Part shown: piece by piece, positions 1 through 11,843 of the stretch
Layout: each line of letters begins with the position of its first letter
Position numbering within the stretch: the first letter of the stretch is position 1
DNA from: Wickerhamiella versatilis
Taxonomy: Eukaryota
Reading direction: 5' to 3'
NCBI GenBank assembly: GCA_030867685.1
Contig: JAQOWU010000008.1
Coordinates: forward strand, 2,666,001 to 2,730,000
Length of the DNA: 64,000 nt
Translations under genes and position numbers: made by a program
The notes under the pieces: generated by a model
Told to the model about the DNA's origin: nothing
Database searches by the model: none
The model's input: the letters and a program-made list of their open reading frames with translations, nothing else

Positions 1-1
1 T

Positions 2-190
2 GCTATTGAGCAGCAAGTCGGCTCGGGTCTTGTTGAGGAGATTCTAGTACAGGCGGCTGACGAATTTCGCTTAGCGGAGGATCTTGCGGAGCATAAAGTG
101 TGGGAAAGTCTTGAGGAAGAACCCCTTCCTGATCAATGGATAGGACATGCAGTGAAGGACCAGCCGGAATACCCGGGTCAAGGTATATAG
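2..190 (+). CDS. 3' end of mitochondrial complex I accessory subunit NDUFA5/B13 (NUFM); partial, truncated by the window edge
   Basis: Frame 2 reads AIEQQVGSGLVEEILVQAADEFRLAEDLAEHKVWESLEEEPLPDQW...GI*, matching the NDUFA5 C-terminal pattern IExxIGxGLIEEV..AxxE..L...m..xKvWExLEExP..xQW. TAG at 188-190. Not in the ORF track. Confidence 0.8.
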   Translation, partial: AIEQQVGSGLVEEILVQAADEFRLAEDLAEHKVWESLEEEPLPDQWIGHAVKDQPEYPGQGI

Positions 191-479
191 GTATTTAGAT
201 CTCTTATTTTGTGTATTTACGTGGCAAGTGTGTTTCAAGTTTCACTGTTTGATCTCCTCGTGTCTCTTATCAAGTGACTTATGCAATTTACATACATATG
301 ATACTCAGATAATGTTTACAGGCATATATTGCTAAATTTGACATTATATGTATAAGCCATCGTATCAAACCAAATTAAAAGAAATACAAAGAAGGACAGT
401 CTCCCACATCTATTTAACCACTGTTAAGGGTGAATATAAAGAAGCACAAAGAAGCTACCAAATAATAATCTATAGAACA

Positions 480-1088
480 TTAGCAACACGAACTCGACGA
501 ATCCTTGCTAGAACCAACAGCAACGCTGGACTTTGATTGCGACGGGGGAGCGTTCACGTACATATTGTCCTTTATATGTCGGGCCAGAGTTAGGAATGCA
601 TCGTCCACTGAGGCAGCAGTTTTTGCTGAAGTCTCTATAAACGGAACACCCAATTCATCTGCAAGTGTCTTGCCCTGATCATAAGAAACCACACGCTTAT
701 CCTCCATATCACACTTGTTACCCACTAGAATAACTTCAACATTATCACGAGCATGCTCCTGAATGTTCGCGTGCCATGTACGAATGTCGGCAAAGCTTTG
801 CTCGTCAGTGACATCATAAACCAACAAAAAGCCCATTGCAGAGCGATAGTAGGCAGTTGTAATCGTCTTGAAGCGCTCCTGCCCCGCAGTATCCCATACC
901 TGGAACTTAGCCGTTTTGCCATCAAGGTCCACGGTACGCAGCTTGAAGTCAATGCCGATTGTTGAGATGAAGCTAGGGGTGAATTCATCTTGGCAAAACC
1001 GCAACAGAAGACAAGATTTTCCAACCCCCGAATTTCCAATCAAAAGCACCTTAATGAGCAGGTCGTACGTTTTGCTCGTCGAAGACAT
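480..1088 (-). CDS. SEC4: Rab GTPase, Sec4/Rab8 family
   Basis: GNSGVGKS P-loop, FISTIGIDF effector loop, WDTAGQE, NKCD, ETSAK and a C-terminal CC prenylation site. First ATG at 1088 (MSSTSKTYD). Confidence 0.9.
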   Translation of the reverse strand: MSSTSKTYDLLIKVLLIGNSGVGKSCLLLRFCQDEFTPSFISTIGIDFKLRTVDLDGKTAKFQVWDTAGQERFKTITTAYYRSAMGFLLVYDVTDEQSFADIRTWHANIQEHARDNVEVILVGNKCDMEDKRVVSYDQGKTLADELGVPFIETSAKTAASVDDAFLTLARHIKDNMYVNAPPSQSKSSVAVGSSKDSSSSCC

Positions 1089-1304
1089 GTGGACGAAATT
1101 CCGATTACTACGCAAGGAGTATCATCTGGCGGGTTTACCATCGCCCAGCCTGAAATGAACAGGTTAGCCTACGTTATAGTGGATCAGAAATTTAATCGAA
1201 TAAGTGAAAATTAGATTAGAGGAAGCAAAGTACAGGGAATTTCTAACTATGCCAACCTTGATAACTTTCTTATCCAATCTGGCGAGGTGGACGTCTGACC
1301 AAGC

Positions 1305-2285
1305 ATGTCGTCGGGCGAGGATGACCTCTTCGGCAGCGTGAGCGATACAGGAGATTCGCCAGAAGCCACTGAAGTGACAGAGACCGCTCCCGAAAGACCC
1401 CTGAATCGGGAACGTCTTGTATTGCCTAGACTGGGGTGGGGCCACCAGCTCAAGACGGTGTATTCGGCCAGGGTTCCTGCTTTCTTACGCCTGGAGCCAG
1501 GTCCTTTTGATGCAAACAAGATCATAGAGACGCACCGCACAGAGGAAGATTTTCTACTAGAGGAGGGGACTTTACGTTGGAAATACGCACGGGATGCTAC
1601 GACAGGACAAATTACCAAGGTAGCAAATTCTCGGATTGTGGAGTGGGATGATGGCACACGTACCCTACAATTAGGGGATGAGCAGTTTGAGATCCGTACC
1701 CAGGCACCATATGATACGACGTTTGTATGTGCTTCACAGAATGACCGAGGTGTATACCAAACAGAGGCCCTGGTGGACGAGACACTAACACTACTTCCTA
1801 CCTCAACATCAAGTGCCACACATAGGAAACTTGCGGAAGTGATGGCGCGGCGTCGGATTTCATCCCGTCAGAAGGTTGGCAATGTCTTCACCACAGAGGA
1901 CCCAGAGAAGGTCCAGCGGGAAGTCGAGCGCGTTGAGTCACAGAAAGAAAAAGCTCGTCGGAAACTCGCAGCACAACGTGATGAGGTAGTATCGTATACC
2001 GACAGAGCAGCACCAGCTGAGGCTGCTGCTGAGGATGAGGAAGAGGACGAGGAAGAGGAGGAGGAAGGTGAGGAGGAAGAAGGCCTAGAAGGAGACGATG
2101 ACGACGACGAGGAGTCTGTACAAGGTAGTGCAGATGAGGAGGAAATGGGAGCAAGACTTCAACGTGCTAAAAAAGCGCAGGACGCAGATAATATGGAGGA
2201 TGATTCCCCGACCAAACGGACCAGCACTGGCTCTGAGCCACCACGACAGAGGCGTAAAATCATGGACGATAGTGAATCAGATTAA
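1305..2285 (+). CDS. LEO1: Paf1 complex subunit Leo1
   Basis: N-terminal DDLFG motif, Leo1 domain (VPAFL..EP.PFD; NSRIVEWDDGTRTLQLGDEQF; STSSATHRKL) and an acidic tail. Confidence 0.88.
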   Translation: MSSGEDDLFGSVSDTGDSPEATEVTETAPERPLNRERLVLPRLGWGHQLKTVYSARVPAFLRLEPGPFDANKIIETHRTEEDFLLEEGTLRWKYARDATTGQITKVANSRIVEWDDGTRTLQLGDEQFEIRTQAPYDTTFVCASQNDRGVYQTEALVDETLTLLPTSTSSATHRKLAEVMARRRISSRQKVGNVFTTEDPEKVQREVERVESQKEKARRKLAAQRDEVVSYTDRAAPAEAAAEDEEEDEEEEEEGEEEEGLEGDDDDDEESVQGSADEEEMGARLQRAKKAQDADNMEDDSPTKRTSTGSEPPRQRRKIMDDSESD

Positions 2286-2309
2286 TTATTATATCAATGC
2301 CATTAAAGT

Positions 2310-2795
2310 TTATATAGTGCTATCCTCTTCACCTGACGATTTAGCTGCTGCTGCGAGCGCAGCTACTCGACCTTTCTCACCACTGAGCAGCTTGTTATCA
2401 GCCATATCCTTAAGTATCTGATTTAGTCTTTGATTCTCATCCGGATTGGCACCCTGTGCATATAGGGCAACATATTTTTCACCCTTTGGCCAGTTGGACA
2501 CATAGTACCACTCTGCGAGCTCCTTATCCCCCGAGTTCGATTTCTTTAAGGCCCTAAGCGCTTTTTTACGTTCAAAGAATCGAACCATATGATACTTTTT
2601 AGCAAATTTCTTTTCTACATTACGACGGGATGCACGGTCAAGATCAATACTCAGGGCTTCCAGTGCCCGTTCGGTCTCACTTCGCTTAGTAGCAGCTAAA
2701 CCCTCTTTTTTAAGGACTCGCTGAAGGCTCCTGATTTTCTTCTTGATTTTCTGTCTGCCTGCATTTTCCGGCAGGTCGTGAATGTGGCCGGCCAT
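2310..2795 (-). CDS. EFG1: rRNA-processing protein Efg1
   Basis: KIKKKIRSLQRVL, KKYHMVRFFERKKA and YV..WPK.EKYVALY are Efg1 family motifs. Likely start MAGHIH at 2795. Confidence 0.85.
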   Translation of the reverse strand: MAGHIHDLPENAGRQKIKKKIRSLQRVLKKEGLAATKRSETERALEALSIDLDRASRRNVEKKFAKKYHMVRFFERKKALRALKKSNSGDKELAEWYYVSNWPKGEKYVALYAQGANPDENQRLNQILKDMADNKLLSGEKGRVAALAAAAKSSGEEDSTI

Positions 2796-2939
2796 TAGCA
2801 CAAGGTTAGGGTTATATTTCAAAAAAGGTCCTAAGAGCCATACTCCCAGTAAAGCTGCTGAACACACTGGCATCTTATCATAAATATATAAAGATGTATG
2901 TATATACAATTATACCCTAAATAACCAGCTAAATTCACT

Positions 2940-3710
2940 CTACATACCGAACATCTTTGCCATATCAGTCTGATCCATTTTCATACTGTCCTCAATGACC
3001 TTTTGTGCACTAAGTGCTGGGCTGACCCCTGGAAGAATGGGTCCGAAATGCATTCCTCGAGGTACAGCGAGTGCACGTGGACTGTCAAACGTTGCTAGCT
3101 GTCGGTACATGTTGACTCGGGCAGAGGCCTCCGTGGTGGGGTTTTGCTTCATGTAGGCACAAATCTTCGAGAAAAGGTCCCTTTTGGAGCCCGAATAGTT
3201 TACTCGCACCCGACCAGGATTGGCCCAATCATTTGGATGTGTTTTGGTAACCTCAAATGCCGACTGGAAGCCCAGATGTCTGCATGCCTCACTGATTGTG
3301 GTGGCAAGGGGATTTGGCACCGCCTCGGACTTGGGAACACGTCGACCCTCTCCAGAACTACGCGCAGCATCAAAATATATCGGATAAAGGACACTCCATT
3401 TCTTCATGTGTTCAGGTATATCACGGGAGGGAGGGACACTTGACTGCTGCTTCAAACGTGGGTCAGGCCCTATATTAGGAGAGGACGACATGACCGATGA
3501 TAGCGGTGGGGATGCTGGTGATGGAGTTGGGCGTGGAACCTCGGGTGCTCGCTGAGGTTGCTGCTCAGGCTGTAACGTACGCAAACGTACAGGTGCATCT
3601 TCCTCTACTGGCATATTCCGTGAGAACGGGTTACTAGGGTCGAACTCGCCGAGATCAAAATGCATGTTATCGATATCATCCTCGTCCGGCACTTCCTCTA
3701 TGATAGGCAT
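2940..3710 (-). CDS. SEC65: Signal recognition particle subunit Sec65 (SRP19)
   Basis: N-terminal IEEV..DDIDNM, W..LYPIYFD...S..EGRRV and KTHPNDWANPGRVRV. Confidence 0.92.
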   Translation of the reverse strand: MPIIEEVPDEDDIDNMHFDLGEFDPSNPFSRNMPVEEDAPVRLRTLQPEQQPQRAPEVPRPTPSPASPPLSSVMSSSPNIGPDPRLKQQSSVPPSRDIPEHMKKWSVLYPIYFDAARSSGEGRRVPKSEAVPNPLATTISEACRHLGFQSAFEVTKTHPNDWANPGRVRVNYSGSKRDLFSKICAYMKQNPTTEASARVNMYRQLATFDSPRALAVPRGMHFGPILPGVSPALSAQKVIEDSMKMDQTDMAKMFGM

Positions 3711-3742
3711 GGTTGGATTAGGTCAGTCAGCAATAGGAAAAA

Positions 3743-4483
3743 ATGCTCCCAGTCCTTTCAGGTGTGACAGGAAGCATCTCCCTTGCATGCTGGATCATTG
3801 TTTTTACACCTCAGTTATATGAAAATTATACTCGCAAATCCTCAGAGGGCCTCAGTTTAGCATTCGTCGTTATCTGGCTGCTAGGTGACTTGTTTAATGC
3901 CGCCGGTGCTTTGCTTCAACATGTATTGCCGACGATGACAGTACTCGCGTTGTACTATACGGCTGCAGACATTGTTCTATTATGGCAGTGCCTTGTTTAT
4001 GGCACAAATGGACGTCCTGCTGAATCCCAACCTATCCAGACGGATGCAGAGGACCAACCCCTTCTTCCCAGAAAGGCACGAAAGCATTACCTGGCTCTAA
4101 AGAACACTTTAATAGTGCTTGTAGTGATTATATGTGGATGCCTGGGGTATCTGGTGAGTGACCATTCTACTGATGATACACCCCACGAACCGCAGCCCAT
4201 CTCAATTTCAGGCCAAATATTGGGTTGGGTATGTGCACTTTTGTATCTTGCTTCACGATTTCCTCAAATCAAGCTGAATTATGATCGTAAATCTACGGAT
4301 GGTGTCGCAATTCTATTTTTCCTGTTTGCGGCTCTGGGAAATATCACATACTGCGTGAGCATCTTCGCTGCTGATTCATCAGCTCATCAATTGTTCATTA
4401 ACCTGAGTTGGATCGTGGGTGCAGCTGGGTCGCTAGTGCTTGATATTGTACTCTTGGGGCAGTTCTGGATTTACAGTAAGTAA
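3743..4483 (+). CDS. YPQ1: PQ-loop vacuolar cationic amino acid transporter (Ypq1/Rtc2 family)
   Basis: Two PQ loops (FTPQLYENYTRKSSEGLS; RFPQIKLNYDRKSTDG), about 7 TM segments and a dileucine-like EDQPLL motif. Confidence 0.88.
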   Translation: MLPVLSGVTGSISLACWIIVFTPQLYENYTRKSSEGLSLAFVVIWLLGDLFNAAGALLQHVLPTMTVLALYYTAADIVLLWQCLVYGTNGRPAESQPIQTDAEDQPLLPRKARKHYLALKNTLIVLVVIICGCLGYLVSDHSTDDTPHEPQPISISGQILGWVCALLYLASRFPQIKLNYDRKSTDGVAILFFLFAALGNITYCVSIFAADSSAHQLFINLSWIVGAAGSLVLDIVLLGQFWIYSK

Positions 4484-5049
4484 TGCAGCGCAGTCGCATA
4501 GATGCTTATCAGCTTCTACATGACCTTGATCACGACCAGTCGGAGAAATTAGCGGAACATTTATTGAGTGCAAACAAACTCAGTCGTGAGGTTGGAGTCC
4601 CCCATCCATCTTGGGTTGCTTGGCCTCAGGTTGACCCGCCAAAGCCTAATAATGTCATGCCTGAGGACTTTAGTGGTGACGTTGTCGCTGACGGGGTCGA
4701 GCATCGGGTCTCAGCAGAAGACTATGTTATAGCAGCATGTGAGGCGTACCTTATTAGACTTGTGACTGAGAGAATTCGTGAAGAGCCAGGGCTTGAGCTC
4801 AGTCTTGATCATGAGCCTAGAATCGGAGGCGCACTGAGGACAATGATATTAGAAGCATTGGAACCGTTCATGACACCTTCCCTGAAGCGCCACGATAAAT
4901 GCCCGTTTAACTGGACACGTCTTGATATGCAGGGACGTACGTTGCAAAGACTGGAAGCCCTTTTTGGACCGGAACGAGAGTATAGAGCACCGACATTCAC
5001 GTATAACCCGCCTGGCTCGGATAGTAGCGACGAAGCCACCACTGAATAG
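4483..5049 (+). CDS. RRN9: Rrn9-domain protein (RNA polymerase I upstream activation factor subunit-like)
   Basis: N-terminal D..KLAEHLLSA.KL...P.PSWVAWP resembles the Rrn9 domain (DLxxHLYxA...WTxWP), with W and RLEALFG downstream. Its ATG overlaps the YPQ1 stop. Confidence 0.65.
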   Translation: MQRSRIDAYQLLHDLDHDQSEKLAEHLLSANKLSREVGVPHPSWVAWPQVDPPKPNNVMPEDFSGDVVADGVEHRVSAEDYVIAACEAYLIRLVTERIREEPGLELSLDHEPRIGGALRTMILEALEPFMTPSLKRHDKCPFNWTRLDMQGRTLQRLEALFGPEREYRAPTFTYNPPGSDSSDEATTE

Positions 5050-5475
5050 TATGCTAATGACTGGATATTTATCTGTTATTTTCAAAACTAATTCTTTGGG
5101 TTCACTAAAAAGAACTGAATCCTTTTCGTAAAGCCAATATTTTACAACTGATCTATGCTACCCTTTTTTTTCTTGTGATTTACAGGATATTACGTGGGGT
5201 CGAACATCATCCCGGTCCTTCCCAGCAGAAAATTATTCCCGAGTGGTTCAGAGAAACGATAAGTCTAATACTTTAAATGGAATTTTCTATACCGAACAAT
5301 ATAATTTGACCGTTACATCATGGATCAATCAGATCGTGTATTCCGTTCCTGTCGGCTCCCTATCTCATCATGTCAAATATGGTTGTGCGATCGATACGAC
5401 GATACGTATACCACTACGGGGTTAGGGTATACACAAAGTGACCCACAATGGCCGCGATGATCGAATTCTATTACT

Positions 5476-5862
5476 ATGGCATCACTTTTCACTCCAGAAG
5501 ATAAAGCACTGATTAGTGCTGGCTGGCGGGAATATCCTGGACAGAAGGGACATACCTACTGGTTTAACTCGAATACATGTGACGTCTCATGGGAGAGACC
5601 GAATCCTGCCGTGCCGCATGATTCGGGTGATGCACAGCTTTCTCCGAATAAGGATATGACCGGGAAGTGTCCGTATGTGGATTGCAAGTTCAAATCGGTG
5701 TCTGCAAAAGCATGGAGGTCCCATATACTATCCCATGCCGGGACAAAGCCTTTTGAAGATCGTAGAAAGGCCAACAACCATTGTGAGAAGTGTGGCATAG
5801 AGTGTCCGACGCAAGCAGACCTTACGATACATAGCAGTATCTGCCGCCGAGACTCCCGGTAA
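5476..5862 (+). CDS. Small WW-domain + C2H2/C2HC zinc-finger protein, function unknown
   Basis: WW domain GWREYPGQKGHTYWFNSNTCDVSWERP; finger 1 CPYVDC-X12-HILSH; finger 2 CEKC-X12-HSSIC. Confidence 0.75.
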   Translation: MASLFTPEDKALISAGWREYPGQKGHTYWFNSNTCDVSWERPNPAVPHDSGDAQLSPNKDMTGKCPYVDCKFKSVSAKAWRSHILSHAGTKPFEDRRKANNHCEKCGIECPTQADLTIHSSICRRDSR

Positions 5863-6187
5863 CTGAGCGTTATTTTGTACACCCATACGACGCGATTTAT
5901 TTGTATAATTGACTGATAATGATAACCTTTATTGCTTCTACTATAACATTTTTGTAATGATTCACCTTTAGTATTCAATAGTGCTTCGAAAATTAATCTT
6001 TAACTGAGATATGTGTGTGCTGACTTAAAAATACAAAAAAAAAGAAATACATATATATATACGTCAACGATGTAAAGCCTTCCGGCTCCAATTATTCAGA
6101 TTCATCTTGTCACTAACCAGGCTACGCCAGGCTATTGACGGCTTGCCAATGTGCTTGTAGCAAGTCTGGCAATAATATGCACGAAAA

Positions 6188-7261
6188 TTAATCAACAAAA
6201 CGAGAGCGAGACGTATCCACAAGTTCAGTGCCGAATACGCGATCCCAAAATTTGGAGGTGACACCAAAGCCCATCTCATAGTCTTTATAGTGATGGTCTA
6301 GGTGGTTTTTCTTTGTCTCCTTCATGAATCCTGGTAGTTGCATATGATGAATGAAGTAATGCGTGCAATCATAAAGGACATATCCCATATGAGCCCCGGC
6401 AAAGATGGCCTGAGAGACGTAATAATGGCGAAATACTGCATGGCACAGGAAATACAATGGAGTGGCAATAACGAAAAATAGCGCCGGTGGCATCACAAGA
6501 CGCATTTGGTCCATAGGTAGATAGTGATGAACTCCATGCATCAAAAAATGCAAAAGATAAGCCGTCTGATATTCCGGCAAACTATAGTCAAGGTGGAAGA
6601 GGAAGCGGTGCAAAAGATATTCGACGAGCGTCCACAAACAAAGGCCAAAAACATAGAGCGGCAAGAAAGCGAATGCAGGTATTCCGCGGAGCGCGATGCT
6701 AATCACATACATATTGACTGGGATCCAAATCATGGGAATAACCCACCATGAGGTCTTCGAAATAGGCTCCAAGAAGTTACCAAACAATGGTGCAGAGCCA
6801 TATTTATAGTGTCGCGGACGATGAATTTGCTCTATGTAGAAATCACGGGTCCAATTTGCTTTCCACACTTGAGGTATAAGTGGCCTGCTGAGATCCAAGA
6901 AATGAAAGTCTTGGAAGTCCTTCGCAGGGTCTGTGTCCTTGTGTAGTTCTGCCGTAACACGGCGCTCCCGTTCGGCGTAGGACTCCTCGGTCTCAGATTC
7001 AGATTCTCCCGTAGGAAGTCTGCCAATAAGGTATTCATCGAGCACAGTATACGCAGCTTCACTATGGCTGTGCGTGTCTTCATCGGCCATAATACTAGTG
7101 ACATCTGTATTTGCGAATTCACGAATCAGGTCGTCTCCCCCTGGGTGGTCTGGCAAGAATTCCGTCACATCGTACACTTCTGTGTTATGCAGCATCACTA
7201 GGACGCGCCCTTGGTTGCGCAAGTCATTTACTTGCTGTTCGCTAAGAGTTGGTACTACCAT
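6188..7261 (-). CDS. SCS7: Sphingolipid fatty acid 2-hydroxylase
   Basis: Cytochrome b5 domain (HPGG) followed by His boxes HRFLFH, HGVHH, HYFIHH and HLDHH. First ATG at 7261. Confidence 0.95.
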   Translation of the reverse strand: MVVPTLSEQQVNDLRNQGRVLVMLHNTEVYDVTEFLPDHPGGDDLIREFANTDVTSIMADEDTHSHSEAAYTVLDEYLIGRLPTGESESETEESYAERERRVTAELHKDTDPAKDFQDFHFLDLSRPLIPQVWKANWTRDFYIEQIHRPRHYKYGSAPLFGNFLEPISKTSWWVIPMIWIPVNMYVISIALRGIPAFAFLPLYVFGLCLWTLVEYLLHRFLFHLDYSLPEYQTAYLLHFLMHGVHHYLPMDQMRLVMPPALFFVIATPLYFLCHAVFRHYYVSQAIFAGAHMGYVLYDCTHYFIHHMQLPGFMKETKKNHLDHHYKDYEMGFGVTSKFWDRVFGTELVDTSRSRFVD

Positions 7262-7278
7262 TGAAGGAAAGACTGGAT

Positions 7279-7287
7279 GGTGGCAAA
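7279..7287 (+). promoter_or_regulatory. PACE-like (Rpn4) element GGTGGCAAA just upstream of SCS7
   Basis: Exact 9-mer match to the S. cerevisiae PACE consensus, about 18 bp from the ATG. Confidence 0.35.
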
Positions 7288-7513
7288 TCGTCAAAAAAAC
7301 GGGTCGTGATTATACGTTTTTACCCTTGCCCGAGAAACACCCAGTTAGTCACCAGGGCTTTTAGAACTTCTAGCATTGACTGCTTAAATGTATATAATAC
7401 GATGCAATTATGATTCGTTGCGCAGAGTGATTTGCCAGGGATCCTGAAAATTCGGCATTGAACCATGAAGTTAAGAATTTTAGATTGGAAAAAAAAGGTA
7501 AAAAGATATCCTA

Positions 7514-7587
7514 TGCCTCGGACCGGATTCGAACCGGTGATCTCAGCATTACTAGTGCTGCGCCTTAGCCAACTTGGCCACCAAGGC
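7514..7587 (-). tRNA. tRNA-Thr(AGU), copy 1
   Basis: GCCTTGGTGGCCAAGTTGGCTAAGGCGCAGCACTAGTAATGCTGAGATCACCGGTTCGAATCCGGTCCGAGGCA folds as a cloverleaf with anticodon AGT and GTTCGAATC B-box. A T-run lies downstream. Confidence 0.96.
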
Positions 7588-7678
7588 AAAGAACTGCAAG
7601 AGTCCGGGAATATGAAATTATATCAGCTTAAACAAAGCATGAATCTGTATGGCAAAAAATTGAAAAAGTAAGAGGAAA

Positions 7679-7752
7679 TGCCTCGGACCGGATTCGAACC
7701 GGTGATCTCAGCATTACTAGTGCTGCGCCTTAGCCAACTTGGCCACCAAGGC
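7679..7752 (-). tRNA. tRNA-Thr(AGU), copy 2 (identical)
   Basis: Identical 74-nt sequence, with its own T5/T6 terminator at 7654-7667. Confidence 0.96.
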
Positions 7753-8010
7753 CCCTTCTTGAGAAGATGCTGGAAGCAAACATATATATGAAGCATTCAT
7801 ATCTGTCAGGACGAAGACACGATCTCTCTTATGATATTTGGTTGAGAAACGAGGAGGGTCCCGAATTCAGGAAATTGTTGCATGTGTGAAGAAGTAGTGA
7901 AATATCTTTAAATCGGGAAGAAATAATCTCTTCGAAAAAAAGAACAAAAAGATAGGATGGTCGAGCAAATTATGTAATTTTTTTCCAGGAACCTGGGCTT
8001 TGGCGAATAC

Positions 8011-9243
8011 ATGTCGGTCCGTGTGCGTCTTGTAACACAGGACGAGGACATAAAGGTGGATGAGACCCCACTCTATGTACCAGTTGACCTTAAAAGATAT
8101 GGACTTAGTGAAGTCGTAAATCAGTTATTGAAGACTACAGAGCCCATACCCTTTGACTTTCTGGTGGATGGCGAACTACTTCGAAGCTCGGTCTCGGATT
8201 ACTTGAAGAGCAAAGGGCTCTCCTCTGAGAGTGTTCTCACTTTAGAGTATGTTCGGGCCATAATGCCCCCCCGCTTTGTTTCGTCATTTGCACACGATGA
8301 CTGGGTGTCCGCTGTACAATTCCGCAAGGAACTGGTAGCCACTGGTAGCTATGATGGCATAGTTAGAATATGGGATCGTTCGGGCCAAGTTAAAGATCAA
8401 TATGCTGGGCATAATGGGTCAATAAAGGATGTCAAGTGGATTTCCGACAGGCAGTTGGTGTCGGCAGGTTCCGACCGCCAGCTGTGCCTCTGGACTGACA
8501 AGAAATTGAGCTGTATCTTCTCTGGACATAAGGCTGCAGTGAATTCTGTTTGCACACTCCAAAATAGAATAGTGAGTGGGTCCGCGGACAACAGCCTGAA
8601 GGTCTGGTCTGCCAACTATAAGGATCTACCCCCACCCCCCAAACCAGCACCTAGTAAATTTTCCCAGACCCAGAAGCGGAGAAAACTTGCTGAAAATGCT
8701 TTAGCCGATAAACGGGTTCGTGGTGCACTCTCTACGCTTGAGGGCCATGTAGCACCTGTCACAGCGGTAGTTCCACACCCAACCGCAGATAGTGTTGTCT
8801 ATTCATGCTCAGAGGATCATACCTTGCGTACATGGGATTTAGTAACTGGCCAGCTGGTGGACACCAAAACTACATCTAGCTCGCTACTTTCCCTGCTGGC
8901 ACTGGGGCCCCCAACAAACCTTCTTGCATGTGGTTCAGTGAATAGACATATTTCGCTGATAGATCCCCGTGCCACTACGACGACGAGCCAATCTCAACTC
9001 ACTGGGCATAAGAATTTTGTAGTCGCACTTGCGCAGTCACCTAAAAATTCCCACCAATTTGCATCTGCCTCACATGATGGAACAGTTCGAGTGTGGGATG
9101 TGAGAGCAAACAAGAGTGTATTCATTCTTGAGCGGCCAAATGTTGCCGCTGAAAACAGGGACCTGTATTGTGTTGATTGGGACGATGTCATCGCCACTGG
9201 AGGTAGGGCTAAGACCTTGGAAATCGCGGAGATGAGGTCATAG
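8011..9243 (+). CDS. YTM1: Ribosome biogenesis WD40 protein Ytm1
   Basis: N-terminal NLE domain (VPVDLKRYGLSEVVN..L...PIPFDFLVDGELLR; LEYVRA), HDDWVS and WD40 repeats. Confidence 0.95.
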   Translation: MSVRVRLVTQDEDIKVDETPLYVPVDLKRYGLSEVVNQLLKTTEPIPFDFLVDGELLRSSVSDYLKSKGLSSESVLTLEYVRAIMPPRFVSSFAHDDWVSAVQFRKELVATGSYDGIVRIWDRSGQVKDQYAGHNGSIKDVKWISDRQLVSAGSDRQLCLWTDKKLSCIFSGHKAAVNSVCTLQNRIVSGSADNSLKVWSANYKDLPPPPKPAPSKFSQTQKRRKLAENALADKRVRGALSTLEGHVAPVTAVVPHPTADSVVYSCSEDHTLRTWDLVTGQLVDTKTTSSSLLSLLALGPPTNLLACGSVNRHISLIDPRATTTTSQSQLTGHKNFVVALAQSPKNSHQFASASHDGTVRVWDVRANKSVFILERPNVAAENRDLYCVDWDDVIATGGRAKTLEIAEMRS

Positions 9244-9327
9244 GAGGAAAAAAAGTAATATGCAAAAATGCGATAAGATTAGAACTATGTAAGTAACATT
9301 TATATAATTAGTGTTCTACAGATAAGT

Positions 9328-11448
<2,121 letters not shown>

Positions 11449-11793
11449 CTAAACATGGGCTAGGGCAGAGAGTTTCAGTTGTCACTTGCTAAAAATACTT
11501 CGAAAAAAAAGAAGCATAATAAAATTCCGCCGGAATGGATGCATGACCAAATACGGATCGGCATGTCCAATGTGGGCGCTAAAAGCTTAATGATAGTATT
11601 GTGAGATCTGAATGTATCTGAATGCATTTCTAGGAATTACACAGGAAAGCGACTATAAATACAATATTATTACATTTAAGGTTCTCAGAGCAACGCATTT
11701 CTTTGTTCTATAGGCACCAATATCGGTCTTATGGGAATGAGTAAAGCATGCTCATAATCTCCCATGATTGCGAGCTTTTTTCGGAGAAAAAAA

Positions 11794-11843
11794 TATAATC
11801 TCAGCCCATATTATGATATGGTATGGTATGGGCTGAGGTTATA
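11794..11843. repeat. 17-bp inverted repeat (hairpin) within a cluster of hairpins
   Basis: TATAATCTCAGCCCATA (11794-11810) pairs with TATGGGCTGAGGTTATA (11827-11843), with one G-T wobble. Confidence 0.85.

Noticed and set aside
1247-1819. 190-aa ORF antisense to LEO1, and many other 60-150 aa ORFs nested in or opposite to larger genes
   Set aside because: They have no family motifs and are best explained as shadow frames of well-supported CDSs.
2030-2115. GAG/GAC-rich repeat in LEO1 and PGP repeats at 12590-12720
   Set aside because: These are ordinary low-complexity coding tracts.
7320-7671. ORFs overlapping the tRNA genes
   Set aside because: They are translations of tRNA and its flanks.
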